64,000 bases of DNA from Eledone cirrhosa. Taxonomy: Eukaryota. The notes beneath the pieces were generated by a model. It had not been told where the DNA came from and made no database searches. It saw nothing but the letters and a program-made list of their open reading frames with translations. Below are positions 13,030-28,574 of this stretch, in pieces. The stretch covers positions 29,698,001 through 29,762,000 of the forward strand of contig OZ024762.1 in NCBI GenBank assembly GCA_964016885.1, given 5' to 3'. Position 1 is the first letter of the stretch. Every line of letters begins with the position of its first letter. The position numbers and the translations under genes are program-made.

Positions 13030-16000
13030 GATGCCTTTCCTAACACCAACCACATTTAGTGTGGGGTTGCGAGGTTTTTACTGTGTTGCTTACACGGCCA
13101 CATTATAGCGTGGACTGTCTGGCGGGTTTTCTACGGCTGGATGCCCTTCCTAACACCAACCACATTTACAGTGTGGACTGGGAGGTTTTTACCGTGTTGC
13201 CTACACGGCCACATTACAGCGTGGACTGTCTGGCGGGTTATCTACGGCTGGATGCCCTTCCTAACACCAACCACATTTACAGTGTGGACTGGGAGGTTTT
13301 TACCGTGTTGCATACACGGCCACATTACAGCGTGGACTGTCTGGCGGGTTTTCTACGGCTGGATGCCCTTCCTAACACCAACCACATTTACATTGTGGAC
13401 TGGGAGATTTTTACCGTGTTGCCTACACGGCCACATTACAGCGTGGACTGACTGGCGGGTTTTCTACAGCTGGATGCTCTTCCTAACACCAACCACATTT
13501 ACAGTGTGGACTGGGAGATTTTTACCGTGTTGCCTACACGGCCACATTACAGCGTGGACTGTCTGGCGGGTTTTCTACGGTTGGATGCCCTTCCTAACAC
13601 CAACCACATTTACAGTGTGGGGCTGGGAGGTTTTTACTGTGTTGCCTACACAGCCACATTACAGCGTGGACTGTCTGGCGGGTTTTCTACAGCTGGATGC
13701 CCTTCCTAACACCAACTACGTTTACAGAGTGGAACTGGGAGGTTTTTACCGTGTTGCCTACACGGCCACATTACAGCGTGGACTGTCTGGCGGGTTTTCT
13801 ACGGCTGGATGTCCTTCCTAACACCAACCACATTTACAGTGTGGGCTGGGAGGTTTTTACCGTGTTGCCTACACGGCCACATTACAGTGTGGACTGTCTG
13901 GCGGGTTTTCTACAGCTGGATGCCCTTCCTAACACCAACCACATTTACATTGTGGACTGGGAGATTTCTACCGTGTTGCCTACACGGCCACATTACAGCG
14001 TGGACTGTCTGGCGGGTTTTCTACAGCTGGATGCCCTTCCTAACACCAACCACATTTACAGTGTGGACTGGGAGATTTTTACCGTGTTGCCTACACGGCC
14101 ACATTTCAGCGTGGACTGTCTGGCGGGTTTTCTACTGCTGGATGCCCTTCCTAACACCAACCACATTTACAGTGTGGACTGGGAGGTTTTTACCGGGTTG
14201 CCTACACGGCCACATTACAGCGTGGACTGTCTGGCGGGTTATCTACGGCTGGATGCCCTTCCTAACACCAACCACATTTACAGTGTGGACTGGGAGGTTT
14301 TTACCGTGTTGCCTACACGGCCACATTACAGCGTGGACTGTCTGGCGGGTTTTCTACAGCTGGATGCCCTTCCTAACACCAACTACGCTTACAGTGTGGA
14401 ACTGGGAGGTTTTTACCGTGTTGCCTACACGGCCACATTACAGCGTGGACTGTCTGGCGGGTTTTCTACAGCTGGATGCCCTTCCTAACACCAACCACAT
14501 TTACAGTGTGGACTGGGAGATTTTTACCGTGTTGCCTACACGGCCACATTACAGCGTGGACTGTCTGGCGGGTTTTCTACGGCTGGATGCCCTTCCTAAC
14601 ACCAACCACATTTACAGTGTGGACTGGGAGGTTTTTACCGTGTTGCCTACACGGCCACATTACAGCGTTGACTGTCTGGCGGGTTTTCTACGGCTGGATG
14701 CCCTTCCTAACACCAACCACATTTACAGTGTGGACTGAGAGGTTTTTACCGTGTTGCCTACACGGCCACATTACAGCGTGGACTGTCTGGCGGGTTTTCT
14801 ACGGCTGGATGCCCTTCCTAACACCAACCACATTTAGTGTGGGGTTGCGAGGTTTTTACTGTGTTGCTTACACGGCCACATTATAGCGTGGACTGTCTGG
14901 CGGGTTTTCTACGGCTGGATGCCCTTCCTAACACCAACCACATTTACAGTGTGGACTGGGAGGTTTTTACCGTGTTGCCTACACGGCCACATTACAGCGT
15001 GGACTGTCTGGCGGGTTATCTACGGCTGGATGCCCTTCCTAACACCAACCACATTTACAGTGTGGACTGGGAGGTTTTTACCGTGTTGCATACACGGCCA
15101 CATTACAGCGTGGACTGTCTGGCGGGTTTTCTACGGCTGGATGCCCTTCCTAACACCAACCACATTTACATTGTGGACTGGGAGATTTTTACCGTGTTGC
15201 CTACACGGCCACATTACAGCGTGGACTGACTGGCGGGTTTTCTACAGCTGGATGCTCTTCCTAACACCAACCACATTTACAGTGTGGACTGGGAGATTTT
15301 TACCGTGTTGCCTACACGGCCACATTACAGCGTGGACTGTCTGGCGGGTTTTCTACGGTTGGATGCCCTTCCTAACACCAACCACATTTACAGTGTGGGG
15401 CTGGGAGGTTTTTACTGTGTTGCCTACACAGCCACATTACAGCGTGGACTGTCTGGCGGGTTTTCTACAGCTGGATGCCCTTCCTAACACCAACTACGTT
15501 TACAGAGTGGAACTGGGAGGTTTTTACCGTGTTGCCTACACGGCCACATTACAGCGTGGACTGTCTGGCGGGTTTTCTACGGCTGGATGTCCTTCCTAAC
15601 ACCAACCACATTTACAGTGTGGGCTGGGAGGTTTTTACCGTGTTGCCTACACGGCCACATTACAGTGTGGACTGTCTGGCGGGTTTTCTACAGCTGGATG
15701 CCCTTCCTAACACCAACCACATTTACATTGTGGACTGGGAGATTTTTACCGTGTTGCCTACACGGCCACATTACAGCGTGGACTGTCTGGCGGGTTTTCT
15801 ACAGCTGGATGCCCTTCCTAACACCAACCACATTTACAGTGTGGACTGGGAGATTTTTACCGTGTTGCCTACACGGCCACATTTCAGCGTGGACTGTCTG
15901 GCGGGTTTTCTACTGCTGGATGCCCTTCCTAACACCAACCACATTTACAGTGTGGACTGGGAGGTTTTTACCGGGTTGCCTACACGGCCACATTACAGCG

Positions 16001-17950
16001 TGGACTGTCTGGCGGGTTATCTACAGCTGGATGCCCTTCCTAACACCAACCACATTTACAGTGTGGACTGGGAGGTTTTTACCGTGTTGCCTACACGGCC
16101 ACATTACAGCGTGGACTGTCTGGCGGGTTTTCTACAGCTGGATGCCCTTCCTAACACCAACTACGCTTACAGTGTGGAACTGGGAGGTTTTTACCGTGTT
16201 GCCTACACGGCCACATTACAGCGTGGACTGTCTGGCGGGTTTTCTACAGCTGGATGCCCTTCCTAACACCAACCACATTTACAGTGTGGACTGGGAGATT
16301 TTTACCGTGTTGCCTACACGGCCACATTACAGCGTGGACTGTCTGGCGGGTTTTCTACGGCTGGATGCCCTTCCTAACACCAACCACATTTACAGTGTGG
16401 ACTAGGAGGTTTTTACCGTGTTGCCTACACGGCCACATTACAGCGTTGACTGTCTGGCGGGTTTTCTACGGCTGGATGCCCTTCCTAACACCAACCACAT
16501 TTACAGTGTGGACTGCGAGGTTTTTACCGTGTTGCCTACACGGCCACATTACAGCGTGGATTGTCTGGCGGGTTTTCTACGGCTGGATGCCCTTCCTAAC
16601 ACCAACCACATTTAGTGTGGGGTTGCGAGGTTTTTACTGTGTTGCTTACACGGCCACATTATAGCGTGGACTGTCTGGCGGGTTTTCTACGGCTGGATGC
16701 CCTTCCTAACACCAACCACATTTACAGTGTGGAACTGGGAGGTTTTTACCGTGTTGCCTACACAGCCACATTACAGCGTGGAATGTCTGGCGGGTTATCT
16801 ACGGCTGGATGCCCTTCCTAACACCAACCACATTTACAGTGTGGACTGGGAGGTTTTTACCGTGTTGCCTACACGGCCACATTACAGCGTGGACTGTCTG
16901 GCGGGTTTTCTACGGCTGGATGCCCTTCCTAACACCAACCACATTTACATTGTGGACTGGGAGATTTTTACCGTGTTGCCTACACGGCCACATTACAGCG
17001 TGGACTGACTGGCGGGTTTTCTACAGCTGGATGCTCTTCCTAACACCAACCACATTTACAGTGTGGACTGGGAGATTTTTACCGTGTTGCCTACACGGCC
17101 ACATTACAGCGTGGACTGTCTGGCGGGTTTTCTACGGCTGGATGCCCTTCCTAACACCAACCACATTTACAGTGTGGGGCTGGGAGGTTTTTACTGTGTT
17201 GCCTACACAGCCACATTACAGCGTGGACTGTCTGGCGGGTTTTCTACAGCTGGATGCCCTTCCTAACACCAACTACGTTTACAGAGTGGAACTGGGAGGT
17301 TTTTACCGTGTTGCCTACACGGCCACATTACAGCGTGGACTGTCTGGCGGGTTTTCTACGGCTGGATGCCCTTCCTAACACCAACCACATTTACAGTGTG
17401 GGCTGGGAGGTTTTTACCGTGTTGCCTACACGGCCACATTACAGTGTGGACTGTCTGGCGGGTTTTCTACAGCTGGATGCCCTTCCTAACACCAACCACA
17501 TTTACATTGTGGACTGGGAGATTTTTACCGTGTTGCCTACACGGCCACATTACAGCGTGGACTGTCTGGCGGGTTTTCTACAGCTGGATGCCCTTCCTAA
17601 CACCAACCACATTTACAGTGTGGACTGGGAGGTTTTTACCGGGTTGCCTACACGGCCACATTACAGCGTGGACTGTCTGGCGGGTTATCTACGGCTGGAT
17701 GCCCTTCCTAACACCAACCACATTTACAGTGTGGACTGGGAGGTTTTTACCGTGTTGCCTACACGGCCACATTACAGCGTGGACTGTCTGGCGGGTTTTC
17801 TACGGCTGGATGCCCTTCCTAACACCAACCACATTTACAGTGTGGACTGGGAGGTTTTTACCGTGTTGCCTACACGGCCACATTACAGCGTTGACTGTCT
17901 GGCGGGTTTTCTACGGCTGGATGCCCTTCCTAACACCAACCACATTTAGT
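13030..17950. repeat. 16-monomer (1778-bp) higher-order repeat: two close copies and a third shortened, diverged copy
   Basis: The divergent monomer occurs at 13059/14837/16615 (offset 1778). Shared variants: GCATACAC 13310/15088, CATTTCAGC ~14102/15880, ACAGAGTGG ~13724/15502/17281. Confidence 0.88.
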
Positions 17951-18365
17951 GTGGGGTTGCGCGGTTTTTACTGTGTTGCTTACACGGCCACATTATAGCG
18001 TGGACTGTCTGGCGGGTTTTCTACGGCTGGATGCCCTTCCTAACACCAACCACATTTACAGTGTGGAACTAGGAGGTTTTTACCGTGTTGCCTACACGGC
18101 CACATTACAGCGTGGAATGTCTGGCGGGTTATCTACGGCTGGATGCCCTTCCTAACACCAACCACATTTACAGTGTGGACTGGGAGGTTTTTACCGTGTT
18201 GCCTACACGGCCACATTACAGCGTGGACTGTCTGGCGGGTTTTCTAAAGCTGGATGCCCTTCCTAACTCCAACTACGCTTACAGTGTGGAACTGGGAGGT
18301 TTTTACCGTGTTGCCTACACGGCCACATTACAACGTGGACTGTCTGGCGGGTTTTCTACAGCTGG

Positions 18366-21300
18366 ATGCCCTTCCTAACACCAACCACATTTACAGTGTG
18401 GACTGGGAGATTTTTACCGTGTTGCCTACACGGCCACATTACAGCGTGGACTGTCTGGTGGGTTTTCTACGGCTGGATGCCCTTCCTAACACCAACCACA
18501 TTTACAGTGTGGACTGGGAGGTTTTTACCGTGTTGCCTACACGGCCACATTACAGCGTGGACTGTCTGGCGGGTTTTCTACGGCTGGATGCCCTTCCTAA
18601 CACCAACCACATTTAGTGTGGGGTTGCGTGGTTTTTACTGTGTTGCTTACACGGCCACATTATAGCGTGGACTGTCTGGCGGGTTTTCTACGGCTGGATG
18701 CCCTTCCTAACACCAACCACATTTACAGTGTGGACTGGGAGGTTTTTACCGTGTTGCCTACACGGCCACATTACAGCGTGGACTGTCTGGCGGGTTATCT
18801 ACGGCTGGATGCCCTTCCTAACACCAACCACATTTACAGTGTGGACTGGGAGGTTTTTACCGTGTTGCCTACACGGCCACATTACAGCGTGGACTGTCTG
18901 GCGGGTTTTCTACGGCTGGATGCCCTTCCTAACACCAACCACATTTACAGTGTGGACTGGGAGGTTTTTACCGTGTTGCCTACACGGCCACATTACAGCG
19001 TGGACTGTCTGGCGGGTTTTCTACAGCTGGATGCCCTTCCTAACACCAACTACGCTTACAGTGTGGAACTGGGAGGTTTTTACCGTGTTGCCTACACGGC
19101 CACATTACAGCGTGGACTGTCTGGCGGGTTTTCTACGGCTGGATGCCCTTCCTAACACCAACCACATTTACAGTGTGGACTGGGAGATTTTTACCGTGTT
19201 GCCTACACGGCCACATTACAGCGTGGACTGTCTGGCGGGTTTTCTACGGCTGGTTGCCCTTCCTAACACCAACCACATTTACAGTGTGGACTGGGAGGTT
19301 TTTACCGTGTTGCCTACACGGCCACATTACAGCGTGGACTGTCTGGCGGGTTTTCTACGGCTGGATGCCCTTCCTAACACCAACCACATTTACAGTGTGG
19401 ACTGGGAGGTTTTTACCGTGTTGCCTACACGGCCACATTACAGCGTGGACTGTCTGGCGGGTTTTCTACGGCTGGATGCCCTTCCTAACACCAACCACAT
19501 TTAGTGTGGGGTTGCGAGGTTTTTACTGTTTTGCTTACACGGCCACATTATAGCGTGGACTGTCTGGCGGGTTTTCTACGGCTGGATGCCCTTCCTAACA
19601 CCAACCACATTTACAGTGTGGACTGGGAGGTTTTTACCGTGTTGCCTACACGGCCACATTACAGCGTGGACTGTCTGGCGGGTTATCTACGGCTGGATGC
19701 CCTTCCTAACACCAACCACATTTACAGTGTGGACTGGGAGGTTTTTACCGTGTTGCCTACACGGCCACATTACAGCGTGGACTGTCTGGCGGGTTTTCTA
19801 CGGCTGGATGCCCTTCCTAACACCAACCACATTTACATTGTGGACTGGGAGATTTTTACCGTGTTGCCTACACGGCCACATTACAGCGTGGACTGACTGG
19901 CGGGTTTTCTACAGCTGGATGCTCTTCCTAACACCAACCACATTTACAGTGTGGACTGGGAGATTTTTACCGTGTTGCCTACACGGCCACATTACAGCGT
20001 GGACTGTCTGGCGGGTTTTCTACAGCTGGATACCCTTCCTAACATCAACCACATTTACAGTGTGGACTGGGAGATTTTTACCGTGTTGCCTACACGGCCA
20101 CATTACAGCGTGGACTGTCTGGCGGGTTTTCTACGGCTGGATGCCCTTCCTAACACCAACCACATTTACAGTGTGGACTGGGAGGTTTTTACCGTGTTGC
20201 CTACACGGCCACATTACAGCGTGGACTGTCTGGCGGGTTTTCTACAGCTGGATGCCCTTCCTAACACCAACCACATTTACAGTGTGGGCTGGGTGGTTTT
20301 TACCGTGTTGACTACACGTCCACATTACAGTGTGGACTGTCTGGCGGATTTTCTACAGCTGGATGCCCTTCCTAACACCAACCACATTTACAGTGTGGGC
20401 TGGGAGGTTTTTACCGTGTTGCCTACACGTCCACATTACAGCGTGGACTGTCTGGCGGGTTTTCTACAGCTGGATGCCCTTCCTAACACCAACTACGCTT
20501 ACAGTGTGGAACTGGGAGGTTTTTACCCGTGTTGCCTACACGGCCACATTACAGCGTGGACTGTCTGGCGGGTTTTCTACAGCTGGATACCCTTCCTAAC
20601 ATCAACCACATTTACAATGTGGACTGGGAGATTTTTACCGTGTTGCCTACACGGCCACATTACAGCGTGGACTGTCTGGCGGGTTTTCTACGGCTGGATG
20701 CCCTTCCTAACACCAACCACATTTACAGTGTGGACTGGGAGGTTTTTACCGTGTTGCCTACACGGCCACATTACAGCGTGGACTGTCTGGCGGGTTTTCT
20801 ACAGCTGGATGCCCTTCCTAACACCAACCACATTTACAGTGTGGACTGGGAGGTTTTTACCGTGTTGCCTACACGGCCACATTACAGCGTGGACTGTCTG
20901 GCGGGTTTTCTACAGCTGGATGCCCTTCCTAACACCAACCACATTTACAGTGTGGACTGGGAGATTTTTACCGTGTTGCCTACACGGCCACATTACAGCG
21001 TGGACTGTCTGGTGGGTTTTCTACGGCTGGATGCCCTTCCTAACACCAACCACATTTACAGTGTGGACTGGGAGGTTTTTACCGTGTTGCCTACACGGCC
21101 ACATTACAGCGTGGACTGTCTGGCGGGTTTTCTACGGCTGGATGCCCTTCCTAACACCAACCACATTTAGTGTGGGGTTGCGTGGTTTTTACTGTGTTGC
21201 TTACACGGCCACATTATAGCGTGGACTGTCTGGCGGGTTTTCTACGGCTGGATGCCCTTCCTAACACCAACCACATTTACAGTGTGGACTGGGAGGTTTT

Positions 21301-23200
21301 TACCGTGTTGCCTACACGGCCACATTACAGCGTGGACTGTCTGGCGGGTTATCTACGGCTGGATGCCCTTCCTAACACCAACCACATTTACAGTGTGGAC
21401 TGGGAGGTTTTTACCGTGTTGCCTACACGGCCACATTACAGCGTGGACTGTCTGGCGGGTTTTCTACGGCTGGATGCCCTTCCTAACACCAACCACATTT
21501 ACAGTGTGGACTGGGAGGTTTTTACCGTGTTGCCTACACGGCCACATTACAGCGTGGACTGTCTGGCGGGTTTTCTACAGCTGGATGCCCTTCCTAACAC
21601 CAACTACGCTTACAGTGTGGAACTGGGAGGTTTTTACCGTGTTGCCTACACGGCCACATTACAGCGTGGACTGTCTGGCGGGTTTTCTACGGCTGGATGC
21701 CCTTCCTAACACCAACCACATTTACAGTGTGGACTGGGAGATTTTTACCGTGTTGCCTACACGGCCACATTACAGCGTGGACTGTCTGGCGGGTTTTCTA
21801 CGGCTGGATGCCCTTCCTAACACCAACCACATTTACAGTGTGGACTGGGAGGTTTTTACCGTGTTGCCTACACGGCCACATTACAGCGTGGACTGTCTGG
21901 CGGGTTTTCTACGGCTGGATGCCCTTCCTAACACCAACCACATTTACAGTGTGGACTGGGAGGTTTTTACCGTGTTGCCTACACGGCCACATTACAGCGT
22001 GGACTGTCTGGCGGGTTTTCTACGGCTGGATGCCCTTCCTAACACCAACCACATTTAGTGTGGGGTTGCGAGGTTTTTACTGTTTTGCTTACACGGCCAC
22101 ATTATAGCGTGGACTGCCTGGCGGGTTTTCTACGGCTGGATGCCCTTCCTAACACCAACCACATTTACAGTGTGGACTGGGAGGTTTTTACCGTGTTGCC
22201 TACACGGCCACATTACAGCGTGGACTGTCTGGCGGGTTATCTACGGCTGGATGCCCTTCCTAACACCAACCACATTTACAGTGTGGACTGGGAGATTTTT
22301 ACCGTGTTGCCTACACGGCCACATTACAGCGTGGACTGTCTGGCGGGTTTTCTACAGCTGGATACCCTTCCTAACATCAACCACATTTACAGTGTGGACT
22401 GGGAGATTTTTACCGTGTTGCCTACACGGCCACATTACAGCGTGGACTGTCTGGCGGGTTTTCTACGGCTGGATGCCCTTCCTAACACCAACCACATTTA
22501 CAGTGTGGACTGGGAGGTTTTTACCGTGTTGCCTACACGGCCACATTACAGCGTGGACTGTCTGGCGGGTTTTCTACAGCTGGATGCCCTTCCTAACACC
22601 AACCACATTTACAGTGTGGGCTGGGTGGTTTTTACCGTGTTGACTACACGTCCACATTACAGTGTGGACTGTCTGGCGGATTTTCTACAGCTGGATGCCC
22701 TTCCTAACACCAACCACATTTACAGTGTGGGCTGGGAGGTTTTTACCGTGTTGCCTACACGTCCACATTACAGCGTGGACTGTCTGGCGGGTTTTCTACA
22801 GCTGGATGCCCTTCCTAACACCAACTACGCTTACAGTGTGGAACTGGGAGGTTTTTACCCGTGTTGCCTACACGGCCACATTACAGCGTGGACTGTCTGG
22901 CGGGTTTTCTACAGCTGGATACCCTTCCTAACATCAACCACATTTACAATGTGGACTGGGAGATTTTTACCGTGTTGCCTACACGGCCACATTACAGCGT
23001 GGACTGTCTGGCGGGTTTTCTACGGCTGGATGCCCTTCCTAACACCAACCACATTTACAGTGTGGACTGGGAGGTTTTTACCGTGTTGCCTACACGGCCA
23101 CATTACAGCGTGGACTGTCTGGCGGGTTTTCTACAGCTGGATGCCCTTCCTAACACCAACCACATTTACAGTGTGGACTGGGAGGTTTTTACCGTGTTGC
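18366..23200. repeat. 23-monomer (2554-bp) tandem duplication, second copy lacking two monomers
   Basis: ORF pairs 18616/21170 and 19504/22058 (offset 2554), then 20330/22662 (offset 2332). Shared variants CTGGTGGG 18455/21009 and TTGACTACACGTCC ~20308/22640. Confidence 0.85.
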
Positions 23201-26200
23201 CTACAAGGCCACATTACAGCGTGGACTGTCTGGCGGGTTTTCTAGGGCTGGATGCCCTTCCTAACACCAACCACATTTACATTGTGGACTGGGAGATTTT
23301 TAACGTGATGCCTACACGGCCACATTACAGCGTGGACTGTCTGGCGGGTCTTCTACGGCTGGATGCCCTTCCTAATACCAACCACATTTACAGTGTGGAC
23401 TGGGAGGTTTTTACCGGGTTGCCTACACGGCCACATTACAGCGTGGACTGTCTGGCGGGTTATCTACGGCTGGATGCCCTTCCTAACACCAACCACATTT
23501 ACAGTGTGGACTGGGAGGTTTTTACCGTGTTGCCTACACGGCCACATTACAGCGTGGACTGTCTGGCGGGTTTTCTACAGCTGGATGCCCTTCCTAACAC
23601 CAACTACGCTTACAGTGTGGAACTGGGAGGTTTTTACCGTGTTGCCTACACGGCCACATTACAGCGTGGACTGTCTGGCGGGTTTTCTACAGCTGGATGC
23701 CCTTCCTAACACCAACCACATTTACAGTGTGGACTGGGAGATTTTTACCGTGTTGCCTACACGGCCACATTACAGCGTGGACTGTCTGGCGGGTTTTCTA
23801 CGGCTGGATGCCCTTCCTTACACCAACCACATTTACAGTGTGGACTGGAATGTTTTTACCGTGTTGCCTACACGGCCACATTACAGCGTGGACTGTCTGG
23901 CGGGTTTTCTACGGCTGGATGCCCTTCCTAACACCAACCACATTTACAGTGTGGACTGGGAGGTTTTTACCGTGTTGCCTACAAGGCCACATTACAGCGT
24001 GGACTGTCTGGCGGGTTTTCTACGGCTGGATGCCCTTCCTAACACCAACCACATTTACATTGTGGACTGGGAGATTTTTACCGTGTTGCCTACACGGCCA
24101 CATTACAGCGTGGACTGTCTGGCGGGTTTTCTACAGCTGGATTCCCTTCCTAACACCAACCACATTTACAGTGTGGACTGGGAGGTTTTTACCGTGTTGC
24201 CTACACGGCCACATTACAGCGTGGACTGTCTGGCGGGTTTTCTACAGCTGGATGCCCTTCCTAACACCAACTACGCTTACAGTGTGGAACTGGGAGGTTT
24301 TTACCGTGTTGCCTACACGGCCACATTACAGCGTGGACTGTCTGGCGGGTTTTCTACGGCTGGATGCCCTTCCTAACACCAACCACATTTACAGTGTGGA
24401 CTGGGAGATTTTTACCGTGTTGCCTACACGGCCACATTACAGCGTGGACTGTCTGGCGGGTTTTCTACGGCTGGATGCCCTTCCTAACACCAACCACATT
24501 TACAGTGTGGACTGGGAGGTTTTTACCGTGTTGCCTACACGGCCACATTACAGCGTGGACTGTCTGGCGGGTTTTCTACGGCTGGATGCCCTTCCTAACA
24601 CCAACCACATTTACAGTGTGGACTGGGAGGTTTTTACCGTGTTGCCTACACGGCCACATTACAGCGTGGACTGTCTGGCGGGTTTTCTACGGCTGGATGC
24701 CCTTCCTAACACCAACCACATTTAGTGTGGGGTTGCGAGGTTTTTACTGTGTTGCTTACACGGCCACATTATAGCGTGGACTGTCTGGCGGGTTTTCTAC
24801 GGCTGGATGCCCTTCCTAACACCAACCACATTTACAGTTGACTGGGAGGTTTTTACCGTGTTGCCTACACGGCCACATTACAGCGTGGACTGTCTGGCGG
24901 GTTATCTACGGCTGGATGCCCTTCCTAACACCAACCACATTTACAGTGTGGACTGGGAGGTTTTTACCGTGTTGCCTACACGGCCACATTACAGCGTGGA
25001 CTGTCTGGCGGGTTTTCTACAGCTGGATGCCCTTCCTAACACCAACCACATTTACAGTGTGGGCTGGGAGGTTTTTACCGTGTTGCCTACACGGCCACAT
25101 TACAGTGTGGACTTTCTGGCAGGTTTTCTACAGCTGGATGCCCTTCCTAACACCAACCACATTTACAGTGTGGGCTGGGAGGTTTTTACCGTGTTGCCTA
25201 CACGTCCACATTACAGTGTGGACTGTCTGGCGGGTTTTCTACAGCTGGATGCCCTTCCTAACACCAACTACGCTTACAGTGTGGAACTGGGAGGTTTTTA
25301 CCGTGTTGCCTACACGGCCACATTACAGCGTGGACTATCTGGCGGGTTTTCTACAGCTGGATGCCCTTCCTAACACCAACCACATTTACAGTGTGGACCG
25401 GGAGATTTTTACCGTGTTGCCTACACGGCCACATTACAGCGTGGACTGTCTGGCGGGTTTTCTACGGCTGGATGCCCTTCCTAACACCAACCACATTTAC
25501 AGTGTGGACTGGGAGGTTTTTACCGTGTTGCCTACACGGCCACATTACAGCGTGGACTGTCTGGCGGGTTTTCTACAGCTGGATGCCCTTCCTAACACCA
25601 ACCACATTTACAGTGTGGGCTGGGTGGTTTTTACCGTGTTGACTACACGTCCACATTACAGTGTGGACTGTCTGGCGGATTTTCTACAGCTGGATGCCCT
25701 TCCTAACACCAACCACATTTACAGTGTGGGCTGGGAGGTTTTTACCGTGTTGCCTACACGTCCACATTACAGCGTGGACTGTCTGGCGGGTTTTCTACAG
25801 CTGGATGCCCTTCCTAACACCAACTACGCTTACAGTGTGGAACTGGGAGGTTTTTACCCGTGTTGCCTACACGGCCACATTACAGCGTGGACTGTCTGGC
25901 GGGTTTTCTACAGCTGGATACCCTTCCTAACATCAACCACATTTACAATGTGGACTGGGAGATTTTTACCGTGTTGCCTACACGGCCACATTACAGCGTG
26001 GACTGTCTGGCGGGTTTTCTACGGCTGGATGCCCTTCCTAACACCAACCACATTTACAGTGTGGACTGGGAGGTTTTTACCGTGTTGCCTACACGGCCAC
26101 ATTACAGCGTGGACTGTCTGGCGGGTTTTCTACAGCTGGATGCCCTTCCTAACACCAACCACATTTACAGTGTGGACTGGGAGGTTTTTACCGTGTTGCC

Positions 26201-28574
26201 TACAAGGCCACATTACAGCGTGGACTGTCTGGCGGGTTTTCTAGGGCTGGATGCCCTTCCTAACACCAACCACATTTACATTGTGGACTGGGAGATTTTT
26301 AACGTGATGCCTACACGGCCACATTACAGCGTGGACTGTCTGGCGGGTCTTCTACGGCTGGATGCCCTTCCTAATACCAACCACATTTACAGTGTGGACT
26401 GGGAGGTTTTTACCGGGTTGCCTACACGGCCACATTACAGCGTGGACTGTCTGGCGGGTTATCTACGGCTGGATGCCCTTCCTAACACCAACCACATTTA
26501 CAGTGTGGACTGGGAGGTTTTTACCGTGTTGCCTACACGGCCACATTACAGCGTGGACTGTCTGGCGGGTTTTCTACAGCTGGATGCCCTTCCTAACACC
26601 AACTACGCTTACAGTGTGGAACTGGGAGGTTTTTACCGTGTTGCCTACACGGCCACATTACAGCGTGGACTGTCTGGCGGGTTTTCTACAGCTGGATGCC
26701 CTTCCTAACACCAACCACATTTACAGTGTGGACTGGGAGATTTTTACCGTGTTGCCTACACGGCCACATTACAGCGTGGACTGTCTGGCGGGTTTTCTAC
26801 GGCTGGATGCCCTTCCTTACACCAACCACATTTACAGTGTGGACTGGAATGTTTTTACCGTGTTGCCTACACGGCCACATTACAGCGTGGACTGTCTGGC
26901 GGGTTTTCTACGGCTGGATGCCCTTCCTAACACCAACCACATTTACAGTGTGGACTGGGAGGTTTTTACCGTGTTGCCTACAAGGCCACATTACAGCGTG
27001 GACTGTCTGGCGGGTTTTCTACGGCTGGATGCCCTTCCTAACACCAACCACATTTACATTGTGGACTGGGAGATTTTTACCGTGTTGCCTACACGGCCAC
27101 ATTACAGCGTGGACTGTCTGGCGGGTTTTCTACAGCTGGATTCCCTTCCTAACACCAACCACATTTACAGTGTGGACTGGGAGGTTTTTACCGTGTTGCC
27201 TACACGGCCACATTACAGCGTGGACTGTCTGGCGGGTTTTCTACAGCTGGATGCCCTTCCTAACACCAACTACGCTTACAGTGTGGAACTGGGAGGTTTT
27301 TACCGTGTTGCCTACACGGCCACATTACAGCGTGGACTGTCTGGCGGGTTTTCTACGGCTGGATGCCCTTCCTAACACCAACCACATTTACAGTGTGGAC
27401 TGGGAGATTTTTACCGTGTTGCCTACACGGCCACATTACAGCGTGGACTGTCTGGCGGGTTTTCTACGGCTGGATGCCCTTCCTAACACCAACCACATTT
27501 ACAGTGTGGACTGGGAGGTTTTTACCGTGTTGCCTACACGGCCACATTACAGCGTGGACTGTCTGGCGGGTTTTCTACGGCTGGATGCCCTTCCTAACAC
27601 CAACCACATTTACAGTGTGGACTGGGAGGTTTTTACCGTGTTGCCTACACGGCCACATTACAGCGTGGACTGTCTGGCGGGTTTTCTACGGCTGGATGCC
27701 CTTCCTAACACCAACCACATTTAGTGTGGGGTTGCGAGGTTTTTACTGTGTTGCTTACACGGCCACATTATAGCGTGGACTGTCTGGCGGGTTTTCTACG
27801 GCTGGATGCCCTTCCTAACACCAACCACATTTACAGTTGACTGGGAGGTTTTTACCGTGTTGCCTACACGGCCACATTACAGCGTGGACTGTCTGGCGGG
27901 TTATCTACGGCTGGATGCCCTTCCTAACACCAACCACATTTACAGTGTGGACTGGGAGGTTTTTACCGTGTTGCCTACACGGCCACATTACAGCGTGGAC
28001 TGTCTGGCGGGTTTTCTACAGCTGGATGCCCTTCCTAACACCAACCACATTTACAGTGTGGGCTGGGAGGTTTTTACCGTGTTGCCTACACGGCCACATT
28101 ACAGTGTGGACTTTCTGGCAGGTTTTCTACAGCTGGATGCCCTTCCTAACACCAACCACATTTACAGTGTGGGCTGGGAGGTTTTTACCGTGTTGCCTAC
28201 ACGTCCACATTACAGTGTGGACTGTCTGGCGGGTTTTCTACAGCTGGATGCCCTTCCTAACACCAACTACGCTTACAGTGTGGAACTGGGAGGTTTTTAC
28301 CGTGTTGCCTACACGGCCACATTACAGCGTGGACTATCTGGCGGGTTTTCTACAGCTGGATGCCCTTCCTAACACCAACCACATTTACAGTGTGGACCGG
28401 GAGATTTTTACCGTGTTGCCTACACGGCCACATTACAGCGTGGACTGTCTGGCGGGTTTTCTACGGCTGGATGCCCTTCCTAACACCAACCACATTTACA
28501 GTGTGGACTGGGAGGTTTTTACCGTGTTGCCTACACGGCCACATTACAGCGTGGACTGTCTGGCGGGTTTTCTA
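22402..28574. repeat. 27-monomer (2999-bp) tandem duplication
   Basis: Identical ORF pairs 22662/25661, 23363/26362, 23697/26696 and 24807/27806. Private variants CCTTACACC ~23816/26815, TGGAATGT ~23846/26845, ACAGTTGACT 24834/27833 and GGACTATCT 25332/28331. Confidence 0.92.
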
